DNA of 64,000 bases. Source: Callorhinchus milii. Taxonomy: Eukaryota. The notes under the pieces were generated by a model. The model worked only from the letters and a program-made list of their open reading frames with translations, did no database searches and had not been told where the DNA came from. The position numbers and the translations under genes are program-made. Of the stretch, positions 24,127 through 37,790 are shown in pieces (the first letter of the stretch is position 1; the number at the start of each line of letters is the position of its first letter). The DNA lies in assembly GCF_018977255.1 (NCBI RefSeq), contig NW_024704743.1, positions 21,206,001-21,270,000 of the forward strand, read 5' to 3'.

Positions 24127-24850
24127 AAACAACAACTTGCTCTTATATAGTGCCCGCCACGCAGGGTAGAGTCTCAGAGCGCTTAACAATGGCAGAGCCT
24201 GACTCTGAACAGAGGGTGGGGAGGTGGCGGTAAACACAGCTGAAGAGTTTTCAGATGGGACTTGGAAAAGGGGAGAGGGGGGCAAGGTGGAGGGATTGAG
24301 GGAGAGTGTTCCAGAGTTTTGGGTTGAGGTGGCTGAAAGCACGACCTCCAATGGTGGGATGAAGGGTGCGAGGGACAAGCAGGAGGCCGGTGCCAGTCGA
24401 ACGGAGGCGCTGGGTGGTGGATTGGGGAGTGAGGAGGTCAGTGAGGTGGGGAGGTGCCAGAGAGTGAATGGATTTGAACACAAGTGTGAGGATCTTAAAG
24501 TCGATCCGTTTGGTGGAGTGGAGTCTGGCCAGAACTGGTGAGATGTGGATACGGAGTTTGGTCCGCTTAAGTATGCGGGAGGCAGAGTTCTGAATGAGCT
24601 GGATCTTTTGAATAGTGGAGCTGGGGAGACCGGCGAGAGGTGCGTTGGGGTAATTCAAACGCATGCACGAGGGTTTAGGCTACATTTGGGGTAAGGTACA
24701 GTCATAGGTGGGCAATGTAGCAGAAGTGGAAGATAGTAGTCCTGCTCAGGGATCGGATTTGGGGGAGGAAGGTCAGCTGGGGGTCGAACCGGCCGCCTAG
24801 ATTGAGCACTAGTTTGGTGAGTCTGAGGGAGAGCCCAGGGAGGTTGTAAA
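24127..24850 (-). mobile_element. L2 LINE, 5'-truncated ORF2 C-terminus and tail
   Basis: ORF 24251..24664 RLNYPNAPLAGLP...IQLIQNSASRIL...HISPVLARLH...IDFKIL...GGRAFS. Confidence 0.92.
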
Positions 24851-27218
24851 GGAGCAATGAATCCATCATCGTGTTACATTATCCCATCAGGGATGCCACA
24901 CTTCTGTACACAAGCCATAATGAAAATATGTTCTTCATCTCTGCTTTGCATGGCTGAAAGTGTGGTTTGGCATGTATTTACATCCATAATTTTTTTATAT
25001 ATTGACATGAACCTTGTTCCTTGGCCTCACAAGGCCATCCGTTGCCTATCTATATCAAATACAAGGATTATTTTTATTATTATCTTATGACGAAGGCAAG
25101 TAGGTACCACTGTAGAATGTATTAGGTGTATGGAAGTGGGCTAACATTGTGTCCTCTTCTGGCTCTTCTCTCTTTGTTATGTCGTGGCCCTTTTTATTTA
25201 ACCATAAAACAGCTGCTTGTGTTTCTAAAGTGCTGACAAATCACAGAAATGCGTCAACAAAGGGATCATCATTCTGTATTGTGTTTGTGCTGGATGCAGG
25301 TCTTTATTTCTAAGCTTTATGTTCACTTGACAGACGTCAGGAAACTCAAGACTACTTCAATACTCAGACATTTGTCAGACACGTGTTATAACAAATTTTT
25401 GATTAAACATGCACTGGTTGGAGTAGCCTCACATCAAATCTGCATGAAATGGGCCAACTATTGTGTCAAAGTCCAGTCTAATTGAAGCTAAACAAATCTA
25501 TGTATTCTCTGCACTGAGATAAAAATAACAATTCAAAGTCCCATTGCTTTAAGGAACTGGGTTTTATTTATAAAGTATCCTCCAGAGGATATTTACAAAA
25601 AAAATCTTTTAAGTAGTTTCGTGAAGCAACCCTAACTCAGCAGGGCGTGCCTTCCTCTGTCAGCCCGAGTGAGGAGAAGCAATTGATTCACTGTTGCATC
25701 CATCACTGTCCATCTGCTAGTTGGCAGCTCGGAGCTGTAATATTTCTGCTCAGGGTCAGCATACTCCTCCCTCTCTTTAAATGTACAGCGATTGGAAAAG
25801 GTCACCACAGATTTGGTGTGATAGAATCTGTTAAATGGTGAAGTTTCAGCTGATAATTATTGAGTGGTTTCAGGTGCCCCTGCCCATGCCGTCCCATCCC
25901 GTTTGCTCCCCCCCCCCACCAAGTTTCAGCACAATAATTGGGCCTGGCATTTTTTGTGTTCCCAACTAATCCTGTGAAGTAGCAATGAGTTTCTGCCTCC
26001 GGGTTTTTTTGAAAAGTATTTTCTGAGTTGGTATTCGAGATGACGAGTCGAAAATAATTTTGAACAGACCTATCAGTCCAAACAACCGTGCTGATCACAC
26101 TAAGGAAGTAAGGGAGAGAGGGTTCAGACTTGAAACCAGTCGATAATTATCGACTGAAATTCTGCCCTTTCTGGAAAGATTCCATATGGTCATTATCACT
26201 TCATATGTGCTGTGATGCATTTTTTAACCCCATCGTTATCCATACTGGACAACCCGTTATAACAAGCCTCTCTACAGCGCCAGCCCACTTAGAATATGAC
26301 TGCCTGTGGATCCGTCAGAGATCTATATGCACCACAGGAAATTACATCAACAGTGCTTTATAGAAGTGATGTCCATGGTGGCCATTTCTACAGGAGTAAC
26401 AACATTATATAGTGTGTTTCAGGTTGGAAGAATCTCTCAAAAGGCTCCAAGGCATGAGCCCATGACGCACGCTATGTAAATGCAAGTTGTTGTTTTTTAT
26501 ACTGAGTGGGAGCCTGAACTCAGAAGGAGTTGGCGGTAGGAGGACGGTGAAAGCAGAAATAACAGGTCAGCACTTCCAGTGTGCAATGTACAACATTTCA
26601 GGAAGAGACATTAGTAATGGCCTTTGTGACAGCGCACCTTGTGATCTCCTTTGATGTAGAACATATGAGCTAATCTTCTCAATTCATCAATTTGTGCAAA
26701 ACTGATGTCGCCAAACAGCTCTAGGATGGCTTCTCCGATCAACATCAATTTTAGAGCCACTGCCTTTTGAAGATGAGTGGATTCATGCTGGATGTAAACT
26801 GGCGAATGTTTTAAAAACAGTTGGTTTCCAAATTAAGAGGGAAAGTAATAATTTTACAAAAATGTGCCCATTGCTACATTTTAAACCAAAATGGTCTTGG
26901 GCCTCAGGAATGTGGATCTGATACTTAAGCAAGATAGAATGCCTGTACAGATGTACAGAGAATAGTGGTAGTAATTTGTATGATAGAAAATGTGAACAGA
27001 AATAAAACCATGTTCATGGTTAAACTTGAACCTTATTGCACCAATTATATTTATTTCTTTGTGTTTATTCTGTGGCAGGGTATAATGTGCTGAACTAATG
27101 GGCTAATAGAGTAATGTTTGGTTTTTATTGAGTTTCCTCTTCTGGGGAGGAGCCCAATCAGCAGTTTCATTCCAAAGTCCCAGTGTTTTCCTGGTTTGGT
27201 CTAAGTATTACATCATTA

Positions 27219-27363
27219 GAAAACAGAATTCGCAGCATCTATGGACAGAGGAAAATGAGTCAACTCACTTTGTTCTCTCCATAGATGCTGCCTGACCTGC
27301 TGCGTGTTCCCAGCGACTTCTGTTTTTATTTCAGATTTCTAGCATCTGTAGTATTTTGCTTTT
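27219..27363 (+). mobile_element. Probable Penelope-like element terminal fragment with 5' inversion
   Basis: 13-bp direct repeat TATTACATCATTA at 27206-27218 and 27364-27376; TTCTCTCCATAGATGCTGCCTGACCTGCTG body preceded by its own inverted copy. Penelope assignment rests on architecture and recollection of shark repeats. Confidence 0.6.
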
Positions 27364-28876
27364 TATTACATCATTATGTTGTATAAAATAAAGTTATATT
27401 TGTAAGTGACGTTAAAACCCTACAGATGACACTGGAGGTATGTGGCACACATTCAGAGCTTGTCATGGAATACTTCCCATTGGTTTCTCAGTTGGCCAGC
27501 ACATGAAAGGCTGTGCCTGAATGTCAGGTAACTTCACTCCTGACATTTATCTTCCCCACCTGGAGGTCGCTTCTTTCTCCACATTTCCAGCTGACCCTCG
27601 TATAAGCCCAGTGCCATTTTGTTTGTTCTGGTTGTTGTGTCATCAGCAGTGTCCTGGAATACTGCGGACCCACCTGGCTCAAGAACCGGACTACCAAGAC
27701 AGCCACGGAGAGCTTGATTCCGACATTCCATTGCCAAATGTGTCACGTTGGAGCCAGTTCAGCTCCAAGGAGACCCCGCTTACTCCCCAGGAGAATATTT
27801 TGTAGATCAGGCTGCTCTTCCGAACACCCCTCCTTATTACACACATCTAGTAGCAGTTGAAAATATTTATTATTCAATGTCTTATCAGTTTAATCTTACT
27901 GCACTGTTATTTTATTAAACTTTGGACTACCTCTTCATTTCAAAATAGCTATGCGAAAGGGTCAAGCCTGTGACTTTCTTATGTAATCATTTTTAAATCG
28001 CAAGATTCATTCAGATGAAAAAGGCCCTTCAGATCATTTTGTTAAACATATAATTACATAGAATGTTAGAGCACAGAAATAAGCAATTTGACCTAATTAG
28101 TCCAATTTCCTTTTCCCTCACATATGCAGTAAATTTCCTTTTAAATACATTGATGCTTTCTGCATCAGCACAGCTTGTGTCATTGTGATCTTATGCTTCC
28201 AGAAAATCCACCTTAGCATCTTCCCATTACAAAATAAAGCTCTTAAAATAAGTCAGCAACATGACATGTTTGTCCTGGCCCTTCCTGACAACAAGATCCA
28301 GTTGTAATTTGGCATTTGTTATTTACCCTCTGGGTAAAAAGATACTTCCTGGTAGTATCTGTAAATTGCTCAGTGAAACTCTAAATCCTTATCTCCCCGT
28401 TCTGATGCTAAACTTGATGTACCGGTTAAACTAGAATTTGCTATTGATTTGATATACTTTCTAAACCATAGTAGAAGGACAAAGAAGTCAAGTACCTTGA
28501 TGTGAAGAGGAGGAGGCAGAGGAGAAAGAAGTGGTAGAAATGTTTTCGAAAGGTGTATTTTTGCCAATTTCCTCCATCTCTCCCCTGCCCTCTCCTGAGC
28601 CACACTAACGTTTTTGTAAGGAACTGCTATACAGCCCCTGGGCACCTAAGTGGTCGCTATTCTTCTGTGAACTTTGACAGAGAGTGTTAGCAGACTTTTC
28701 AACGTGAGGAGCATAACAATCGGATGCAATTCTATTGCATCTGACATCTGCACGTGTGCATTCTTTACTTGGAGTCTCTAGATAGCAGGTCTGGGAAATC
28801 TGATTCATTTGCTTTGCCTCCTCTCTGGTCCGGGAGTCCCTAACCGCTAGAACTCTCTCCCTCTTACCCCTCCGTT

Positions 28877-29225
28877 AATAACAACTTTTGTTATAACGGC
28901 ATTTATATACTGCCCCTCAAGCAGGTAGCATCTCAAGAGAGCTTGACGGTGGCAGAGCCTGACGACGAGCCAGGGAAGGAGGGGGTAAGGTGGGATTGAG
29001 GGAGAATGTTCCAGAGTTTCATCCTCTCTATCTGTAGTTGAGCCTGCCTTAAAACCTACCCCTTTGACTATGGCTGTGGTCACCTCCTGTTTTCTCCCTT
29101 TCCTAGTGTTTGATCCCAATAATGTAAAGTCCTCCAAGCCATTACCCTATGTGAAGGTCGCTATATAAATGCATGTTGTTGTATAGTGTTTAGAAGGTCA
29201 CTGTATAAGTGCATGTTGTTGTAGC
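28877..29225. mobile_element. Divergently oriented L2 tail fragments, right tail duplicated
   Basis: Minus tail ~28877-29015 abuts plus tail ~29020-29183; GAAGGTC(G/A)CT(A/G)TATAA(A/G)TGCATGTTGTTGTA occurs twice. Confidence 0.55.
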
Positions 29226-29629
29226 AATATTGCCCAATGACATCTCATCTGTAGTTGGATCAGTACAGTTAGCCTCAGCATAGAGTAACTCAGATGGGGC
29301 TGAGGTTTATTTCACTTTTATTTGAGGCTAACCCCAATCTAGACAATTCAACCTCAATTTACTAACACACCACAGATGTAGTATTTAAACTTTTGAAGTG
29401 TCTGGATGCTACATTGGACAGAGTCTCTTCTGAAATGTTTAATGTAATTCATGAAGTAGATGAATTCCTAATGTTTTTGATAGCTTGAAAAAAAATTGTA
29501 TGGGTTATCAGAGCTTTTCAGCATGAACTTAGTTGCAATTGTACAGAGCTCTCCTCTTCTTTATCTCCATCCGAAGTAGGAAAAGTTCAGAGTGATTAGT
29601 AACTGCAGCTTCTTAGAAATGACATTATA

Positions 29630-29855
29630 CGATTTCTAGAACCATGAAAATTTGCAGCACAGAAAGGGTCATTTGTCTCATTGGGTCTGTTCTGGCTCTT
29701 TGAGAGAGCAATCTAGTCAGTCCCATTACATTTTCTTATCTCCTTATCCTTGCATGTTATTCCTATTTAGATATCTCTTGAGTTCCCTTTTTGTCAGGGT
29801 GTAGAAGAGCATCACATCCTAACAATCTTCTGGGGAAAAAAACAATTTCTCTCCC
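29630..29855 (-). mobile_element. CR1 3' UTR remnant
   Basis: GCAGCACAGAAAGGGTCATT...CTGGCTCTTTGAGAGAGCAATC resembles the reverse complement of 1960-2050. Confidence 0.55.
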
Positions 29856-30810
29856 TTGCTCCTTATACTCACAGATGGGAAAGTAAAACTGGAAAACAAA
29901 TCCATGGCACTCCCAATACTGGGTGCAACACTGTTGGGGAATATTGCTTGCAAACCTGGTATTCAAAGAACTACAGAAGTCCTTGGTGCAAACAAGAAAA
30001 TCTGTCAAATACAGTAAGTGCAGAACATTTTTCCGAGGTGTAATGGTGAAGCACTGAAGGAAAGTAATTAGGTTTGCAGTAGAACATTTCCCTCACTGTA
30101 CAACATTGTGATAATTCTGTTCGTCTGCTAGTGCTCACCTCTTCAATGCGTCAAGTTAGTCTAAAATTAGTGACAATTCAAACAGTTTCCAGGTGATCAA
30201 CATGAGTTGTTGCAGATGGATATATGTTAGGTAGTTCTGCAGTGATGTTTGGTTCTGTGATTTCTTTAGCAGTTAATTAATTCAGCTGTGCTTAGAATTT
30301 TGCTCAACTGGAATGTCAAGTCAAGCGTTCATCGCACAGGAAATGTGATTTTAAAATGTAAACAAATCAAATTAGATAACGTGAGTCCTGATGAATTGCA
30401 CGCAATGATCTTTCTTGTAATGATTTATGCCATTTGTATGAATGAGTTATTTTATCTAGGCACCCATCATGAAACTTCTTTTCTGGCTCCAGTAAAAATT
30501 GTAGTTTGATAAATAGGGAGTATGCTGGAGTATTTCAAAATGTTCATGGGATTTTTTTTTCAAATTGTAGATCACTCATGCAATACTAATTAATAAAAAG
30601 TCTGCACTTGTGAGAATCCAGTGCACAGTGATAATAACTACACAACGCTTAAATATAGCCTGGTTCAGTTGGTCGAACTGTAGGTTCAAGCCACATAGCA
30701 ATGACAACAACAACAAGATTACATTTCTATAGTGCCTTTCACGTCGGGAGGATGTCCCAAGGGGCTGGAAAGCACTATTGGAAGAGAGTTTCTACTGATG
30801 TACTGGCCAA

Positions 30811-31158
30811 CACTTGCCTCGCAAGCAAGAAGACCTGGGTTTGTTTCCCGGAAGGGCAAAATGTTGGCAAGTTTCTTTACTCCACGTACACTCCTCTGTT
30901 TACCTTGCTGTAAGTAGAAACCTGGTTGTTAGTCAATTGGCAGATTGCTTTTCCGGGAATAATAATTCCTTAATTTTTTTTAATATAAATTTGGTCATTC
31001 AATCCACAACTGATTGCGGGATATTGCTGTGCGCGATTGGCTGACTCTTTTCGCTCACAAAATATGCAGTCAATGCACTTTACAATATATTCTGTGAAGC
31101 GCTTTTAGACACCTTAGCAGCATGATAAGACCCTATATAAAGTGCAAGAGTATTATTA
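30811..31158 (+). mobile_element. tRNA-derived SINE, long form, head truncated
   Basis: Starts within the anticodon arm; internal segment and tail present. Confidence 0.88.
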
Positions 31159-31342
31159 ACAATATGCTAAATAAAATTGGTAATTTATTTCATGACTGTC
31201 ATTCGGACATTGCTGTGTGCAAATTGGCTGCTGGGTTTCTCTTACAAAATACACAGTCATTACACTTTACAGTAAATCCTGTGAAGCACTTTTAAACATC
31301 CCCCTGATATGAAAGGTGCAATATCAAATGTAAGGAATACAT

Positions 31343-31675
31343 TGGAGTCCTGTAGCTGAGTGGTTGGAGCACTCACCTCGTAAGCGAAAGACCTTGGTTT
31401 GATTCCCAGCAGGGCGAAACGTTGGGTAAATTTCCTCACTCCATACGCCTAGCAGTAAGTAGGAAGCTGGTTGTTAGTCGATTGGCCAATCACTTTTCCA
31501 GGGGTAATAATCCATTCAAAAAAAAATTTGTTCATTCAATCCACGACTGTTTGTGGGATACTGCTGTGCGCAATTGGCTGTTGCTTTTCGCCCACAAAAT
31601 ATACAGTCAATTCACTTTGAGCGCTTTGAGACATCTCAAAGATGTGATAAGGCGCTATATCAAATGCAAGGATTA
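31343..31675 (+). mobile_element. tRNA-derived SINE, long form with small deletions, directly after an older SINE tail (31165-31340)
   Basis: TGGAGTCCTGTAGCTGAGTGGTTGGAGC head; tail AAATGCAAGGATTA. Confidence 0.92.
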
Positions 31676-32148
31676 ACATAGTATTATTAATTATTATTAA
31701 TAGTATAAAGATGAGCGTCACTCGGAGGATCACTCCAACCTCACTGCAATAAAAATGTCCAAGCTGTAAATGTTGAACAGTGGGAACAATTCATATATTT
31801 ATGTAATGTAGCACCTTTCAGGTCAGGACAATTCAAAGCATTTTGCATAGCTGACTGGGGCCCGAACTTGGGGGAGGAGGAAGGTGGGGGATATAGGATA
31901 CGAAAAGCGAGGTTAAACAAATACATCTTAAAGAGAGCTTTAAGAATGAGGTGAAGGAAATATAGGGTGAATAGCTGGGCAGTTTTTGTTCATATTTTGC
32001 TGCAAAAATAGTGATTGCCTTCGATGGAGCCATGAATCAATTGTATCTAAGGTTTTCTTTCAGTTGCACACCAGTGTTAATAGCTCATAATTGTAAAGTT
32101 AACTTGCTTCAATGGAACCTCTCTATTATTTGATTTTTGATTTATTTT

Positions 32149-32325
32149 TCTCTTTGACCGTGCCTTCAGCTCCCCTCTCGACTCTCTACCCCCTCCTCGC
32201 TCCCTCCCTTCCCTCACCCTGACCATTTCCCCCTGCTCGGGTCCTGACCCAACTGTACAGCGCCTTGGGACGTCCTCCCGACGTGAAAGGCGCTCTATAA
32301 ATGGAATCTTGTTGTTGTTGTTGTT
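32149..32325 (+). mobile_element. Young L2 3' tail
   Basis: Almost identical to 15522-15710; pure (TTG)n end. Confidence 0.92.
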
Positions 32326-32689
32326 GATTATTTAGCACTCTATAATTAAATTATTGATGGTTTGGAATTAAAACTGACCCAAATGGTGTTTGAAATGACC
32401 TCCTCGTCTGATCATGGAGATGTTTGTATTTCTTTAAGTGAATAAGAATCTGGTGCACACACACCGCAGAATCTGTTTGCAAGCAATGCTTATGTGTGTC
32501 CAGGTGAGTACAGGCTCATTTGTAAAGAAAGCACACTTAAGAACAACATTTTTCATTTATATAGCACGGTTAACATCAAGAGGACATCTCAAACCACTTA
32601 ACAGGATTTTAGAGATGGTGGGAGAGGGGGGAAAGCTGGGGGTGGGTGGGGGGGAGAAAGGTGACCAAAAGTGAGGTTGATGAGGAAAC

Positions 32690-32895
32690 CAGTGGAGATA
32701 ATTTCTCTCTATTGACTCTATCAAATGCCTCAAATTTTTTTGTTCCAGTGAAAAAAGTCCCAGTTCCTCCAGTCTCCGCTCATAGGCCAAGCAACTAATC
32801 CTTAGTATAATCCCAGTAAATCCCCTCTATATCCTTCTGTTATCTTGACGTCTTTCCTGAAGTGAGATGAACAATGCAGGACACAATATTCTAAC
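32690..32895 (-). mobile_element. CR1 fragment
   Basis: ORF 32557..32790 MAYERRLEELGLFSLEQK is a CR1 ORF2 C-terminal motif. Confidence 0.8.
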
Positions 32896-33133
32896 CCCCT
32901 GTGGAATTCTGCATTGTCTGAGGATGTGCCCTTTGGATGAGGTGTTAAACTGAGGTCCTGCCTGTGTGTTCAGGTGGATGTTAAAGATCCAATGGCATCT
33001 CCATGCATTGTGGCCTACAGTCTTCCAGATGAATCAGTCATTTACTTCATGGTTACCTGTGTGATCTTACTGCACACAAAATGGTATCACAGCTGCCTTC
33101 AAAAATACACAGGCACTTTAGGTACATCCTACT

Positions 33134-33500
33134 TGGAGTCCTGTAGCTCAGTGGTTAGAGCATTCACCTCGCAAGCGAGAGACCTAGGTTTGATTCCCAG
33201 AAATTTGCATGTTGGGCAAGTTTTCTTACTCCACATGCTTCTGTTTACCTAGCAGTAAGTAGGAACCCCATTGTTAGTCGATTAGCGGATTGCTTTTCTG
33301 GGGATAATTATGCTTTTTTAAAAAAATAATTTGGTCATTCAATCCACGACTGTTTGTGGGACACTGCTGTGCGCAGTTGGCTGCTACGTTTCGTCCACAA
33401 AATATACAGTCAGTTCACTTTACAGTATATTCTGTGAAGCAATTTGAGACGTCTAGAAGACATGAAAAGCACTATATCAAATGCAAGAATTATTATTATC
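33134..33500 (+). mobile_element. tRNA-derived SINE, long form
   Basis: Head, internal segment and tail present. Confidence 0.95.
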
Positions 33501-34566
33501 ATCATCAGGGTGATAACTTGCTGAATTACTGGGGAGTGGGGGCAGGGGAGGAGTACTGGGGATTCTAGTAGTAGTAGACCTGTACTGTCAGCAGCAGAGA
33601 ATGACTTCAGATGAATTAAACTACAGCTTGGGGTGGGGGTGGGGGGGAGATTGAAGGAAAGCAAAACTCATTCTTAAAAAATGATACTCTAATGATTTTA
33701 GGTTCCTCCTTTTCATCAGAATACAGTTTGAGATTAGACATAGAGACTCGTAACAAAGCGGTTAGCTTTGTAGATCATTTGATACTTTATGTTATAGAAT
33801 GGAACAGTCATGTTGTTACAGATGTCTGCCAGCTGTCCATTCTGTCCCCGTGTTGTACAGTGACATTAGGATAATTCCCTCTGCCGTGTGTTTCTACCTT
33901 CTTTCCCTAAGAGATTGTATATGCTGCCGTTTCAAAAACATTGGGAGTGAAGTTGAACAAAAGCTTTTGTACTTTGTGATCAAAGTGTCCACTTTAGGTG
34001 AAAGCTTTCAAGTAGAAAGGCCTTTCACTGTTTCCGTAAATCAAATCTGCTTGCGGAGGTCAGTCTATAATTCACTCGTAAATTTCACCCCCACGTCGAA
34101 ATGGACAAAGATATCCTAGTGAATGACTAATGAGTGATAGCAAGTGTATTTTGGTTCTTGGAATGAGGATGATGAAATAGTACAGCCAATAATAAATGCT
34201 GAGCTGGGGTAGTGGCTTCTCATTGCTTTGCTGTCACAAGAATTGGAGCCTGAACTGAATCCTGCATTTTTGAATGAAAGTTTTCTAAAGGTTTTGACAG
34301 GTATGGATAGAGCGCTAAACTGGGAGATGAGAGTGAATGGTAAGAGGTGGAGAAATGAGCTGGTTGACTGCTTTGTAAACACGAAGGGTTGACCGGTGGG
34401 TGCATGTGAAATGCTCATGTGGCCAAACTATTTCTGGTTACTGGTTTATAGCTTGCGTCTCCTGCCTATCCTTCCCTTCGGAGGCACACTCGTCACTGCT
34501 ACGGATGAAAAAACTTGAAAGTTCAGACAACTAATTTCTGAGAAAAAAAAGTTGGAAGCATTTTGA

Positions 34567-34912
34567 TCCTGTAGCTTAGTTGTCAGAGAACTCGCCTTGC
34601 AAGTGAGAGGACCTCGGATCGATTCCAGGACAGGGCGAAACATTGGGCAAGTTTTGTAACTCCGCATGCCTCTGTAAGCAGTAAGTAGGAACCTGGTTGT
34701 TAATTGATGGGTGAATCGTTTTCCCCTCAAAAAATAATAACAAATAAATAAAATAATAATAATTTGGTCACTCAATCCATGACTGTTTATGGGACACTGC
34801 TTTGCACAATTGGCTGCCGCGTTTCGCCCACAACATACAGTCCATTCACTTTACATTATATTCTGTGAAGACGTGATAAGGCATTATATCAAATGCAAAT
34901 GCAAGGATTATT
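34567..34912 (+). mobile_element. tRNA-derived SINE, long form
   Basis: Head TCCTGTAGCTTAGTTGTCAGAG, internal segment, partly deleted tail. Confidence 0.9.
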
Positions 34913-35914
34913 TTGTTAAACAAAGTATAAAACCGAGGCATAGAGTAAAAATATTGTGGCATTGACTTCAAGCACAGGAGAATCCATTCTTGGAGCAGTT
35001 GGTAGTTCCCTTGTCACTGGTTCAAACATCATGATGCTGTGACACTGAAAAAAAGAGTTATTTTTCAATGCCCTGACTAATAATATTTCAGATTAATTGG
35101 TCGTTCACTCATGACTGTTTATGGGACCTTCCAAATAGCTGCCTTGTTTGCTTACAACTAAGTCACTATACTTGTCAGTAATTATTGGAAACCTTGAAAC
35201 ATTTTGATGTGATAAGTTTATAGAAAAGTGCAAGTTTTTTTTATTCCTTTTTTTTATTGGAAACAATGCTCAGTATGGTTGCTGATTGTTTTCCATTTGT
35301 CTTTGAGGGCACAGGTACCCCTGCATGCATTCACTTTGTTCTTGCTTAGTGAAAACAAACAAATCCTTCAGAGGCGAAGGGTTGCTGAAGCATCGATATT
35401 GTCTGCTCAACAGTTCAAGCGTATATTTGATGCTCCCCTATTTCGATCCGTGACTTCCTGTCAGCCAACACCTGCTACTTTTTAAGACCAGCGCCCAATG
35501 GATACTTTGCCTCCTGTTGAAATGTCAGTGACAGCAGTGGTGCTATGTGTAAGTGGCCTGACTCTGAGCCAAAATCTGAAAGGACACACCTCCTCTGTCA
35601 ATTGCAGATTGACTGAGAAAACCACATTTGATTTATGTGATTTCTGTCAGAGTTGGCTGGTGGAGATAAGTGAAATTACAAGAGCTAGATGACCCACACT
35701 GTTCTCTGACAAGTTCTGAGCAGTATGGATACTGGGACCTTGGTTAAGGAATGGCTTTTTTTAATATGGTATCATAGAATAATAATAGTCATTTAATTTG
35801 ATATAGTTCCTTTCATGTCAGGAGCATAACTCAAAGAGTTTCATAGGATATGCGGTAAGGTTTAATGACTATTTTGTAGGCAGAGATGTATAAGGAGATG
35901 AAGTGGTCCCATAG

Positions 35915-36150
35915 AACTACGACAACATGATGTTGAGTTTATAGAGCATCTTTCATGTGAAGACACCGTCTCAAAGCATTTCAGAGAGCCGACTAGGGGA
36001 ACGAGAAGGGAGTAGGGGAGCTGAGGAAGGTGGAGGAAGAGCTGACCAAAAGTGCGGTTGAAAGGAAAGGTCTTAGGTGGGCTTTAAAGCTGGAGAGGCG
36101 GAGGCACACTAGGATGGAGTCCAGAGATCGGGGGCAAAGTGGCTGAAAGT
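35915..36150 (-). mobile_element. Decayed L2 3' end
   Basis: Purine-rich GACCAAAAGTGCGGTTGAAAGGAAAGGTCTT is similar to 62714-62746. Confidence 0.6.
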
Positions 36151-36871
36151 TTAGTTAAAGCCAATGCTGCGTTTCCATCTGGTAGTCGAATTTTCCTTTC
36201 TTAGTCAATGAAAAAGGCTTCCTACACAATTACCTTCACTTGCCTCATTCTCCGACAGGAAGGGGAAGGCAGATGTCCTGCTTCAGGCTTCTGCTGATCC
36301 TGCTTTGCTATCAGTTGCTAAGGGATAGAATAAGTTCAAGCAGACTTCCCTTCCTCCCTTGTATTCACTTGGTGCCTCACCGATTGTGCAGCTTTGGTGT
36401 CTGTCCAATGGTCCAGCTGGGTTGGGGAGTGTGTGGTTCAGAGAGGGTGACCCAATGTCCCACCTCTCCATAGCCTGCGATGTTGGAGTTGACGAAACAC
36501 GTGACTGGACCACCGACTTTGTTGCTTTTTATGGCAAATTTTTCCTCATCGGTAAATCAAACCTGGCCTGAGGAGGAAAACCTGTTTGTAATTGTGTTCA
36601 AGCAGTCTTAACAGAACTCCGAAGGTTGAGGCTGCAATGACCCACAATGGACCCGGAGGTTTTATATCAAAGTTTAATATCAAGCAACATTGCCAAAGCA
36701 ATTCAATCTGAAAAGTGATCCATTTGATTTGAGAGGTCCTTTATGCTGGAGATGAAGAGAGACTGCTACACGTGGGGGTCTAAATACAGCTGATTCTCTG
36801 CCAAGTGCCGGTAACTCTTGCTGGTCACACAACTGGGAACATGCAGTGTGGAGTGCAGCTCGCTCGACCCC

Positions 36872-37097
36872 ATTCAGCCACTACGCTCTGAGGCTCTGGA
36901 ACTCCCTTCCTCACTCCCTTCGCCTCGCCCCCTCTCTTCCTATTTTCAGGTCTCGTTTGAAGACCTTTCTTTTCGACCGCGCCTTTGGTCACCTTCCTCC
37001 CCCTCCCCCTGGCTCGGCCCCGGGATCTGTTACTGTGAAGCGCTCTGAGACACCGCCCCGCGTGGAGGGCGCTATATAAATCAAAGTTGTTGTTATT
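36872..37097 (+). mobile_element. Young L2 3' end, second subfamily
   Basis: FSHYALRLWNSLP...FRSRLKTFLFDRAF; tail GAAGCGCTCTGAGACACCGCCCCGCGTGGAGGGCGCTAT. Confidence 0.9.
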
Positions 37098-37394
37098 GCT
37101 TCAGTATAGAACCCGCTAAAATAATAAAAATTTTGCCCACAAAATATACAGTCTATTCTGTGAAGTATTTTGAGACGTCTCGAAGATGTGATAAGATGCT
37201 ATATCAAATGCAAGGATTATTTATTATTATAATCCTTGTATTGATATCGTGCCTTTCAAGTTAGGAGGATGTCTCAATGCGCATCCCAGGATTTGCAGTA
37301 AAGTGTGTATTTTGTAAGCGAACAAAATGATGATTCTAACCACGGTAATTTATAGCACCATGTCTTAAAGGGGCTGTTTTTCTGTAACAATTAA

Positions 37395-37790
37395 ATAATC
37401 CTTGCATTTGTTGTAGTGCCTGTAACATCATAAACTTTTCAAAGTGCTTCACAAGTGTTGAGGTTTAGTGACTGTGTATAGGTAGGGGAATACACCAGAC
37501 AATTTGTGCACAGCAATTCCCCATAGACAGCCCTGCAGTAAATCATCGTTTTGCTAGCAGCCAGGACACTGGGAGAAACTCCCTTCTCTTTTCACTTAGT
37601 GACATGGGATCTTTAATGTCCACTTGAACAAGCAGATGGGACACTGGTTTAAGGTTTCAACCGAAGGAAAGCACCTCCGACAATGCAGTGCACCACCAGC
37701 CCTGCATTGGGGCGTCAGCCTAAAATGGAAACTCAAAGTCCCAATGTGGGGCTTGAACACGTAATCTTGTGATGTAAAGGTGAGTGCCAA
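37395..37790 (-). mobile_element. Deu-domain SINE, near full length
   Basis: CATGGGATCTTTAATGTCCACTTGAAC...GGTTTAAGGTTTCA...CACCTCCGACAATGCAG...GGCTTGAAC. Confidence 0.75.

Noticed and set aside
27640..27800. VLEYCGPTW motif resembling the C-terminal region of a LINE ORF2
   Set aside because: A single short motif without supporting flanking similarity
32618..32662. G-quadruplex-like G runs (also 33629-33648)
   Set aside because: Low-complexity purine tracts; the 32618 run adjoins an L2-type tail, and nothing suggests function
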